From: a virus | Taxonomy: Duplodnaviria; Caudoviricetes | Length of the DNA stretch: 53,196 nucleotides | IMG/VR virus record: IMGVR_UViG_3300042558_001779 | Coordinates: 1-53,196 of that record | Reading direction: 5' to 3' (one strand) | Part shown: positions 7,535-15,968 of the stretch, piece by piece | Layout of the letters: each line of letters begins with the position of its first letter | How positions within the stretch are numbered: the stretch's first letter is position 1 | The notes under the pieces: generated by a model | What the model saw: only the letters and a program-made list of their open reading frames with translations | The model's database searches: none | What the model was told of the DNA's origin: nothing | Made by a program: the position numbers and the translations under genes

Positions 7535-10153
7535 CTATTCCCTTTCATCTCTTGGGTCTGCTGAAATTTCATTCTTCTCCAGGTAAAAGGCACCGCTGCT
7601 AAATGGCATATTAGTAAGGAACCAATCTTTGATTTCTTGTTCCCTATCTTTTTTGGCTTGTCCTACTTCATTATTGCTCAAAGCATAGATGAAGTCCATG
7701 TGACGAACAGAGTTAGGGTCTGCTTGCTGTTTGCGAATTAGGTATTCAATCAACTTTGCATCATCTTCATTTTTGATAATGCTTTGTCTTCCACCCCTAA
7801 AGGCTGCTAGTTGTCTTTCCATTCGGCTAATTCTTGCTCCAAGATTGCCTGGGTCTTCAAAGCCCATTCTTCCCCAAACATATGGACCATCATCAACAGC
7901 ACTAACACTAACTTTTTCAAATCCAGCAGCACGGGCATACATCCATGAGTGCTGGTTGTAGATTGTTGCAATGCCAGAGTTTTTATGCTTGGCACCTCTA
8001 ATAAACATAGTGTTGTGATAAATGCGGTCACTTCCCGCATAAATCGTTCTTCCACTGCTGCCTACTGTTTCCCAACTACCATCATTTTTTTTGTGCTCAA
8101 TGCGAAGTCCGATAGAAATTTGTCCATCTCTTTCCACATAGGGAGGATTTTCTAGAACAATTCTATATGTTCTTCCATTTGTGCCCTTAATCTCATCATG
8201 GGTATACATTGCTGTAGCCCATTCGCGTAATTGACGCTCAGCATCCAGTTTTTCTTCAGGCGTGCCGTTTCTGAGTTTTTGAACAAGTTCCAGTCTGCGC
8301 TCTTGGGTCATTTCCTTCCAAGGAGCGTTACCTTTTCCATATCGTTCGTCGAGATATTTAGAAAGAACCTTTTTTCTGTTTTTGATGGCATCCTTAACTC
8401 GTTTGTTTGCTGCTGCAGCAACATCTGGCGCAAGGTCCTCAGGCACTGCGGCAGCAGGCTTATTAACAGCATCTTGATTATTAAGCAACGCTACAGCACG
8501 GTCAGCAAAAACATCGCGACGCATTGCTGCATCTTTCAAATTAGCGTTAATATTGTAGATTTCTCGTGCAATTCGCTTTCTTTCAGCAGCATCTGGTTCG
8601 TTTTCAAAACGAAGCATTGCTTCTCTTAACGCTTTTCGATATTCCTGCTTTCGGTCATTAAATTCGTTGGCATTTTGAATAACATTTTCGCGAGGAGAAT
8701 TTGCAATTTCATTAAACCGTACCAACGCATCTCGCTCATAAATTAGGCGATTTTCTCTGTCTCTTGGTGTCATGGCCCAATCTTCATTGCGGTAAAGGTC
8801 ACCCAATACGCCATCAAGTTCATTCCAATCAATGCCGTCGCCAACATTAAGTCTTCCAAATGCTTCCCAATCTGGCTGGTCTTTACCACCTGCGGCTCCA
8901 GCCTTTGGTGCTTTGTCACCAGAAAGTTCTTCTAAACGATTCTTAAATGCGTTACGCCGATTAAGAGCCATCGCATAGTCTCTGTTCTTCTGCAGAATCT
9001 TTATCTGCATAACCTCAAAGTCGTTATTGTTTGCATCTGGACCATCCGCTCTCATCTTGTCAAGAGCATCTTGGAGTTCCCTCTTAGCCTCTTTTACATA
9101 ACGGTCCTGATTTTCAATGTTTCCGCGAAGTTCAGCAAGGTTCTCTTTACCCCACGCATTCATATCTCTCAAAACATTTTTGCGAGCAACCTCAATTTCG
9201 TTCTGTGCTTCTTCAATATCATTCTTGCTTAAACCAGCAAACCGTGAAAGTTCATCAGCATTAAGAGGTTCATCACCAACACCAATAAATCCAGCGGCAC
9301 GAATCTTTTCACGCACAGGATTTTCTGCCTCTGGCTTGACGGCTGGTTTTTTAGGCTTTGCCACCAACTTAGGTGGTTCATCATTTCCACCAGCAGCAGG
9401 AGTGACACGACGAGCAGCAGCCTTCTTGGCAGGTGCCTTCTTCTTGACTGCCTTCTTCTTTGCTGCAGCCTTTTTGACTGGAGCCTTCTTTGCAGGCGCT
9501 GGAGCCTCTGGAGCATCAACTTCGGGCTTTGGCTTCTCTCTTGTTACCTGTTGTGTAGCAGGTCGACGACGAGCAGCAGGGGCATTGGGTCGTGGACGAC
9601 GGGCAGGAGGAACATCGCCTTCACCAGTGCGAGGAGCGCCAGGCTGGTCAATTTCTCTCTCAATACGGCGCAACTCTGAATCACGGAAATTTGGCTTTCG
9701 GCTACGCTGAACTTTTCCACCACCGCGTCTAGTGCGTGGTGCTTTAGGTGCTTCTACTGTTTCTGTGCTGTCTAATGCGTTGGCAATACCTCGGGCTGCT
9801 CTTTCAAGTCTTCCGCCTTCTTGCATTCTCCGTACTACACGCTCGTTGCGACGATTCACACGACGACCGCGACGACGGTCTCCAATATTTTCAAGACGCT
9901 CGCCAAGGTCGGAAATTTCATTTGCTAATCGACGAGAAACACCCCAGCCACAGTTACGACCGAAACGGTCAGTGATTTGACCACCGTAACGAGTACCTGG
10001 CGGGCAACGCCAACCACCCCGACGATTAGTGCCAGGGATTGCAAGGCTGTCGTCAAATACGGCGCGTGTTCTTTTAACTTCGTAGGCAATTGATGATGTA
10101 TCACGCTCTGAAATAAAAGATTTTGCTCTGTATGTAGATATTTCACGGAGCAT
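7535..10153 (-). CDS. Large protein: conserved N-terminal RCP..TD..C module, PAKK repeats, helical region, C-terminal GNAT acetyltransferase-like domain
   Basis: KHKNSGIAT (GNAT motif A) ... GFEKVSVSAVDDGPYVWGRMGF; N-terminus nearly identical to part of the 984 aa ORF. Confidence 0.8.
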   Translation of the reverse strand: MLREISTYRAKSFISERDTSSIAYEVKRTRAVFDDSLAIPGTNRRGGWRCPPGTRYGGQITDRFGRNCGWGVSRRLANEISDLGERLENIGDRRRGRRVNRRNERVVRRMQEGGRLERAARGIANALDSTETVEAPKAPRTRRGGGKVQRSRKPNFRDSELRRIEREIDQPGAPRTGEGDVPPARRPRPNAPAARRRPATQQVTREKPKPEVDAPEAPAPAKKAPVKKAAAKKKAVKKKAPAKKAAARRVTPAAGGNDEPPKLVAKPKKPAVKPEAENPVREKIRAAGFIGVGDEPLNADELSRFAGLSKNDIEEAQNEIEVARKNVLRDMNAWGKENLAELRGNIENQDRYVKEAKRELQDALDKMRADGPDANNNDFEVMQIKILQKNRDYAMALNRRNAFKNRLEELSGDKAPKAGAAGGKDQPDWEAFGRLNVGDGIDWNELDGVLGDLYRNEDWAMTPRDRENRLIYERDALVRFNEIANSPRENVIQNANEFNDRKQEYRKALREAMLRFENEPDAAERKRIAREIYNINANLKDAAMRRDVFADRAVALLNNQDAVNKPAAAVPEDLAPDVAAAANKRVKDAIKNRKKVLSKYLDERYGKGNAPWKEMTQERRLELVQKLRNGTPEEKLDAERQLREWATAMYTHDEIKGTNGRTYRIVLENPPYVERDGQISIGLRIEHKKNDGSWETVGSSGRTIYAGSDRIYHNTMFIRGAKHKNSGIATIYNQHSWMYARAAGFEKVSVSAVDDGPYVWGRMGFEDPGNLGARISRMERQLAAFRGGRQSIIKNEDDAKLIEYLIRKQQADPNSVRHMDFIYALSNNEVGQAKKDREQEIKDWFLTNMPFSSGAFYLEKNEISADPRDERE
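9788..10126 (-). repeat. Copy 1 of a 339 bp duplicated coding module (copy 2 at 12655-12993)
   Basis: Both encode AKSFI...YEVKRTRAVFDDSLAIPGTNRRGGWRCPPGTRYGGQITDRFGRNCGWGV.RRLANEISDLGER...GGRLERAARG. Confidence 0.92.
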
Positions 10154-10436
10154 CGTAACCGTATTCCTTTAAGAGTTTGTCGACTTTTTCTTTTGCAGCG
10201 CCAGAGTATTCCCCTTTTTCTACAGAAGATGTGTCGCTAACGGAAGCGACTCTTTCCATTTTTAGTTCTTCTTTTGAAGGGTTTTCTTTTTTAAGGTTTT
10301 CGTACCATGTGTTGAACCATGTGTCGTAATTCTTTGACTTTGAATATTGTTTTACTGTGTCGCCAAAGTCAATATAAATCAATACGCCATCTGCTTCCAC
10401 ATCTGGCATTTTTTCTTCTGCAATCATGTATTTCAT
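10143..10436 (-). CDS. Small hypothetical protein downstream of kinase effector 1 (candidate partner/immunity)
   Basis: Likely start MKYMIAEE at 10436 with AAGGA upstream; 97 aa. Confidence 0.72.
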   Translation of the reverse strand: MKYMIAEEKMPDVEADGVLIYIDFGDTVKQYSKSKNYDTWFNTWYENLKKENPSKEELKMERVASVSDTSSVEKGEYSGAAKEKVDKLLKEYGYDAP

Positions 10437-10446
10437 TATTTTTCCT

Positions 10447-13389
10447 TTAACTTCCGATGATGAGGTCTGCAATTGATGATGCACTTAGCGAAAGGAAGAA
10501 ATCAATTCGTTGCTGAGGCTCGTCAATAAGTTTTCTTTGTTCGGTGTTTCCGACAACATGTCTTTGTGCGCCACGAGCAAATTCATCAAATTTCAAATCT
10601 CTCTGGCTACGACGCATATTATCTTGCATATCTTGTACTACGCGAGCAATTTCATCGCGTGTTACTTGATTTCTTTGTACTGACTGACGGAGACGGGCAA
10701 GCATGTCATTTCTCCCACCACCGCGATGGCTTTCGAGGAATGCTGCCAGACCTGCTCTGTCTGCCATTGCGCCATTCCAGTTTGCATACACCTCAGCATT
10801 GAAGCCTAAAGATGGGTCAATTGGAACAAACCTGTTTTCCCCATTTTGTTCGGCAACGAAGTAGTTGCCCGCATGTCTGTCGACATTAACAATAAGGTAG
10901 TCAAGAATTGTGGCGCGAACTTTATCTTCGTTAGATACTTCACCGCCATTTCGTGGAGATTTGATATCCCCCTCAATGTAGTTGCCAGCATGTTCGAACA
11001 AGATTGGTCTTAAAGCGCCGTGCCTGTCATTCTTTAGCGGACCAGCGAATCTAAATTCTCCAACGGGGAAGCCGAGTCTTGCTGCCATGTTGTTACCGAG
11101 GATTTCGCGAATGTCTTCACCTTTTGCAGCACGACCATTTTCATACTTTGTATAGTATTTTTTACCGTTTGTACTATCTTCAAATAGGAACATGTTGTCT
11201 GCAATTTGACCATTTACTCCTCCGCCAGCGGCTTCGCGTTTGAAACGCTTGCCTGGACCAGAGTTGTCATGCAGTGCTTTAAGCACGAAATCGTCTGGGA
11301 CATCAGCAATGTCACCGCCATTAGCAACATGGAGAATTGCGTCAGCCTCAGTGTTCATTCCCTTGTTTCCGACTGGAACGCCACCCCATCCAGGGAAACC
11401 ATCTTCGCCAATTGGGCCAAGTTTTCTGTCGCCTCTCTTGGAGCGAAGGAATCCTCGTGCCGCCTGAGCAATTTTTGCCCCTCGTCTTGTCTTTGCTTGC
11501 GCTGGTGGAGACGGAGGTGTAATTGCTGCTGGAGATGGGGTGTCGGTGAGAACAGGGGGGACTTGAGAACGACGAGGACCAGGGCGTGGTGGTTCATTGT
11601 GAACATCGAGATTTGCACCATTAGCGTTCGCTCTGTCGACTTCTGCCTTTGACACGACATAGTATTTGCCGTTGTGCTTAACGATTTTGTAATCACCGCG
11701 TTGTGCAGGATTTTCTTGTTCAATAAATTCGCGCTTGCGCCGTGCTGCCGCTAGGTCGTTTACGCCACGCTGACCAGGAGCGTTGAATGGCTTGCGCTGA
11801 CGACGGGCAGGTTGGTTTGCGTCTGGGGCATCGGCAGGCTTTGGACGGCGTGTTGCTGTACGGGCTGCACCAGCATCTGTTGCTGTGCGGCGAGCGCCAC
11901 GACCTGCGTTTCTCTGCTGGGCACGATTCCAGTTTTCTTCAACTGCTGGTCCGTGGAACTGGTCCCATTCTTCGCGTCTTAAAAATCCAGCGTTGCCGCC
12001 TGCTTCGTTAATTTCGCGCACACGCTGTTGGTGTTCGTTGAATTTGCGTGTCTTGTATTGTTCAAGTGTTTCGCCTGCTCGTGGTGCGCCAGCAGGTACT
12101 GGGGTTCCGCTTACATTGTCAACTTGTGGTCGACGGGGTTTGCGTGGTTGGCGCTCAGGGACGATATCTCCTGGGCGAGGGCGAACGCCTTGTCCGCCAC
12201 CATCTAGACCATTTGGGTATCTTCCACCAGGAGGGATTACACCCTGACCGCCGTTTGGCAGAATGTCTGGTCGACGGGGTTGGCGGGGTTGGCGTGGCTT
12301 AGCAGGGCGAGCCTGTGGAGCCTTCGGTCTCTTTGGTGAGGGCGTAACTTCACCAGGAAGTTTTGGGTCGCGGATTCCACGACCGCCACCATCAAGACCT
12401 CGTGGTCTACGAGGGCTAGGCGTTCCGTTTGGCACTGTTTCTTCGCCGTTCCATCCTTCTCTGAAACCTTCGATGAATGCACCTACAGCGCCACCTCTAT
12501 TGCCTCTACGGCGACGACGACCGCCATTGTTGTCTGAGTCCAAAGCGTCTCCAACACGACGGGCAGCACGCTCAAGGAGACCAGTACCACGAGGCTTTGA
12601 AGAATCAGGGGTATCTACACCTGGTCTGTTTGTTACATCAAGTACATCTGCAACTCCACGGGCTGCTCTCTCAAGACGACCACCTTGTGCTAAACGACGA
12701 CCAACGCGCTCATTGCGGCGAGATACTCGGCGTTCACGACGCTTGTCTCCGATGTTTTCTGCACGCTCACCGAGGTCAGAGATTTCATTAGCCAAACGAC
12801 GGGCTACACCCCAGCCACAGTTACGACCGAAACGGTCAGTAATTTGTCCACCGTAGCGAGTTCCTGGCGGGCAACGCCAGCCGCCTCTACGATTTGTACC
12901 TGGAATAGCAAGACTGTCGTCAAAAACAGCACGAGTACGCTTCACTTCATAAGCAAATGTTGATTTATTTACATCAGCAATAAAAGATTTTGCTTTGAAC
13001 TGAACAGCATTGCGCCATTCGCTATTTTCAAGATAGTCAAGACGGGCATCCATCAAAGAAATGACTGGCACAAGTTCGGCAGATTTTTCTTCTTTTGCTG
13101 ACTCGACTGGTTCAACTTCTTGAGTTTTCTTAGACTTGGCAATTAACTCGTCAATCTTTGCTTTGTTTGCACGATTTGCTACGACTGGACCTTCAACATC
13201 CATTGAGTTATCAAGAGTTGCGGATAGTTCCTGTTTTGTTATTGTACGAGCAGCGTATTCATCTTTCATCCATGATGCCCATGTCGTGGATGATTCAGCA
13301 AGTGGGTAGAACTCTGTTCCTCCAGCAAGAAGCGCAACTACTGCGTATGGCTTCCCTGTCTTGTCTTTGATAATGAACGCTGATTTCAT
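10447..13389 (-). CDS. Large protein: small N-terminal domain, RCP..TD..C module, Arg/Pro-rich linker, C-terminal HipA/PI3K-PI4K-like kinase
   Basis: GGGVNG loop, YYTKY, EILGNNMAARLG, DYLIVNVDRHAGNYF, IDPSLGF; ATG at 13389 just after the upstream stop. Confidence 0.85.
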   Translation of the reverse strand: MKSAFIIKDKTGKPYAVVALLAGGTEFYPLAESSTTWASWMKDEYAARTITKQELSATLDNSMDVEGPVVANRANKAKIDELIAKSKKTQEVEPVESAKEEKSAELVPVISLMDARLDYLENSEWRNAVQFKAKSFIADVNKSTFAYEVKRTRAVFDDSLAIPGTNRRGGWRCPPGTRYGGQITDRFGRNCGWGVARRLANEISDLGERAENIGDKRRERRVSRRNERVGRRLAQGGRLERAARGVADVLDVTNRPGVDTPDSSKPRGTGLLERAARRVGDALDSDNNGGRRRRRGNRGGAVGAFIEGFREGWNGEETVPNGTPSPRRPRGLDGGGRGIRDPKLPGEVTPSPKRPKAPQARPAKPRQPRQPRRPDILPNGGQGVIPPGGRYPNGLDGGGQGVRPRPGDIVPERQPRKPRRPQVDNVSGTPVPAGAPRAGETLEQYKTRKFNEHQQRVREINEAGGNAGFLRREEWDQFHGPAVEENWNRAQQRNAGRGARRTATDAGAARTATRRPKPADAPDANQPARRQRKPFNAPGQRGVNDLAAARRKREFIEQENPAQRGDYKIVKHNGKYYVVSKAEVDRANANGANLDVHNEPPRPGPRRSQVPPVLTDTPSPAAITPPSPPAQAKTRRGAKIAQAARGFLRSKRGDRKLGPIGEDGFPGWGGVPVGNKGMNTEADAILHVANGGDIADVPDDFVLKALHDNSGPGKRFKREAAGGGVNGQIADNMFLFEDSTNGKKYYTKYENGRAAKGEDIREILGNNMAARLGFPVGEFRFAGPLKNDRHGALRPILFEHAGNYIEGDIKSPRNGGEVSNEDKVRATILDYLIVNVDRHAGNYFVAEQNGENRFVPIDPSLGFNAEVYANWNGAMADRAGLAAFLESHRGGGRNDMLARLRQSVQRNQVTRDEIARVVQDMQDNMRRSQRDLKFDEFARGAQRHVVGNTEQRKLIDEPQQRIDFFLSLSASSIADLIIGS
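12655..12993 (-). repeat. Copy 2 of the 339 bp duplicated coding module
   Basis: Collinear and same length as 9788-10126; the core differs mainly at synonymous sites. Confidence 0.92.
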
Positions 13390-13390
13390 A

Positions 13391-15598
13391 TTAGATTCCA
13401 AGCAATTTTATTGTCTGCTGTTTTCCACGGACAAGCCTGTCAAGGCGTAATGTAAACAGTTTTTTGAGAATTTCTAGGTGAGCCTGTTCTGAGCGGGAGA
13501 GGTTTCCATCTGCCGAGAGACGACTTGCGTATTCGTCCCATTTAAATTTCTGTGCTCTATCGATAAGGGTATCATAAATACCAAGTAGTTCATTTCTCTC
13601 TTTGGGAGAAAGAGAGCCGAATCTGTCTTTGTAAATTTTGCTACTGCGATTTTCAATATATGTTGGCAGGTCGATTTTGAATCGCTCAGCAATGTCTTCG
13701 GCACTCAGACCAGAGAGCGCTGAAAGTTCATTTCCTGATGGGACGACAATAAGTTTTTGCTGTGTGCGCACTGGACGCAGTGTTGCTGGGGAACGGTCAC
13801 GAGCATCTGTCAAGTAATCTGCCATAAATACGCGAAGCATGTCTTCTGCGGAAACCTTGCTGAAAGGTTGGTCAAAATCAATACGGTTGCCATCGTTAGC
13901 GACATCGCCAATAAATGATTCACGCGAACCATCTTTGCCAATAAACCTAACTGCTGGTGTCGGAATACCTAACTGTGAAGCAACATCTGAATAGTATCTC
14001 TCTGCGATGGAGCCATTCTTTTTAGTTTCAGGAACTTGGTAATAAGTCTTGCCAGAACCATCTGAATACTCAGTAACTCCAGTACCCAACTTGCGAGATT
14101 GATACTTCTTGCTACGACGCATAGCATCAGACAAAAATTCAGGAGAAATATCAAACGGGTCTCCGCCGTTATCAATCAACTCAACAGCGTCAGCAAGGTT
14201 CTCTGGAGCATCAGAAACATTAGCCCCATCCTCACGAAGAGTTTCTTTCTCCACGCGGGCAGAAAGTTTACCAGTCTTGCCGCTGTCCTTCATGAAGGTT
14301 TCATAAACCCAACGGCGAACTTCTTTTTTATTGCCATTAGCATCTTCAACTTCAATCAAATCAAGAGGCTTGGGAACATTGGGAAACTTCTCTGAATATT
14401 TGAAAGCACCGCCAGAACCATTAGCAAAATCACGAATGTTATTACCGACATCATATTGGTCACTGGCAGCAGCAACATTGTTCAACTGGCGACCGAACTT
14501 ACGGCGCTCACCAACAGTTAAATCACGCTGACGCTCAATTGAAAGAACGGAACCATTTGGTGTTACATAAGCAACTTGACGAATTGCTGGACCAGATAAT
14601 AGAGCAAGGTCATCACCAACGATGTCGGTTGGCTTTGCAATAGAGCGAACAAAAACGCCATTTTCCATGTCAGGGTTGCCGCCAAAGTTACGCAAAACAG
14701 AAGAAGGGACAAGAGACCTCAGGATGACTCCATCCTTACGGATTAGGCGTGACTCTCCAGCGGGGGAGCCAGTAATACCTGAAATAACCTTAGCCACATT
14801 GGCAGCCCGAACTGTAGGATTTTCAACAGCACTACGGGGAACCTTCGCCATACGCATAATCTGAATTGCACGACTTTGTTCTGGAGTCGTACCCTCTACA
14901 ACCTCTGAAACATCCTCAGCCCGTGCTCTAGCAATTGCGGGCTTATCTCCGCGCAAAGAGTTAACCGCGGCATTGAGTGCAAGTTCAAACAACTGTGCTC
15001 CACAGGTGCTGTAGTTTCTGTCTGTAAATCTACCGCCATGCTGGAAACCTGCTGGACAGCGATATCCGCGTTCACCGTTTGGGCGAGGAATTCTACGGCC
15101 TCCACCGCCACCAGGAACCAGTGCTGAATAAATGCGCGAACGGATAGGGCTGCGAATTCCTGAAATGTCGCCAGGTATTGCAGCAGTTCCAGCCGCTTGT
15201 GCTGCTTGACCAAGGCGGCTCTGTGAACCAATCAACCCAACTTTTACCTGAATTTCTTCGCTTGTTTGTTTTACTTGGACATCTGCGCCGATTCGTGGCT
15301 TTGTTGTGCGAGTAAATGCTGCAGCCTTAAAGTTGAGAGCGTTCTTATTGTTTTGTAGTTCTACTTGATTGCGAAGAATTGCTGACTTTGAACGGATGTA
15401 GGGTTCAAGCGGTCGCTTGATTGCTGTTTCGCCATTGACAAAATGACGGGTGCTTTTCGACTTTTGACGGCTTGGGTAAAAATCAATTGTGCGATAGTTG
15501 TCTACTGCAACTGTACGGCGTACTACTGCGTCTTTGAGCATGGTCGGACGATGATGACGCAAGAGGGAATTAATTGAACCATTGGAGTTATTTATCAT
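13391..15598 (-). CDS. Large protein with RCP..TD..C module and degenerate C-terminal HipA/PI3K-like (pseudo)kinase
   Basis: YRCPAGFQHGGRFTDRNYSTC; AERYYSDVASQLG; DYLTDARDRSPATL in place of DRHxGN. Confidence 0.75.
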   Translation of the reverse strand: MINNSNGSINSLLRHHRPTMLKDAVVRRTVAVDNYRTIDFYPSRQKSKSTRHFVNGETAIKRPLEPYIRSKSAILRNQVELQNNKNALNFKAAAFTRTTKPRIGADVQVKQTSEEIQVKVGLIGSQSRLGQAAQAAGTAAIPGDISGIRSPIRSRIYSALVPGGGGGRRIPRPNGERGYRCPAGFQHGGRFTDRNYSTCGAQLFELALNAAVNSLRGDKPAIARARAEDVSEVVEGTTPEQSRAIQIMRMAKVPRSAVENPTVRAANVAKVISGITGSPAGESRLIRKDGVILRSLVPSSVLRNFGGNPDMENGVFVRSIAKPTDIVGDDLALLSGPAIRQVAYVTPNGSVLSIERQRDLTVGERRKFGRQLNNVAAASDQYDVGNNIRDFANGSGGAFKYSEKFPNVPKPLDLIEVEDANGNKKEVRRWVYETFMKDSGKTGKLSARVEKETLREDGANVSDAPENLADAVELIDNGGDPFDISPEFLSDAMRRSKKYQSRKLGTGVTEYSDGSGKTYYQVPETKKNGSIAERYYSDVASQLGIPTPAVRFIGKDGSRESFIGDVANDGNRIDFDQPFSKVSAEDMLRVFMADYLTDARDRSPATLRPVRTQQKLIVVPSGNELSALSGLSAEDIAERFKIDLPTYIENRSSKIYKDRFGSLSPKERNELLGIYDTLIDRAQKFKWDEYASRLSADGNLSRSEQAHLEILKKLFTLRLDRLVRGKQQTIKLLGI

Positions 15599-15962
15599 TT
15601 TTTTGAGTTCCCATATTTTTGTCCATTTCCATAAGCACTATGTCTATTGGTGACATTTGGCGTTGAGCATCAAGTTCTAGTTCCTCTTGACGGTTGCTTT
15701 CATCTTGTCGGCTAATTTGAGCGCGAACTGTGTTCAACATAGATTCTATATCAAGAGTGACTTCCCCAATTTGACTATCTTGATAGGGGAAGCGATTTGA
15801 AATTCTTTCTAAAGTGCTGTATGCGTCACGCTTTAATAATTCTTTCATCTCTTTACGGATTTTTATGTTATTGCTTACAACTTCGATACTGCCATTATCG
15901 TCTACAAAAACAATTGGCGCAAAGGGGGTTGTTCCATCTGAACTGACTAGTAAAAATCTCAT
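15588..15962 (-). CDS. Small hypothetical protein downstream of kinase effector 2 (candidate partner/immunity)
   Basis: About 124 aa (MRFLLVSSDG...); overlaps the start of the next gene. Confidence 0.72.
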   Translation of the reverse strand: MRFLLVSSDGTTPFAPIVFVDDNGSIEVVSNNIKIRKEMKELLKRDAYSTLERISNRFPYQDSQIGEVTLDIESMLNTVRAQISRQDESNRQEELELDAQRQMSPIDIVLMEMDKNMGTQKNDK

Positions 15963-15968
15963 TACCAA

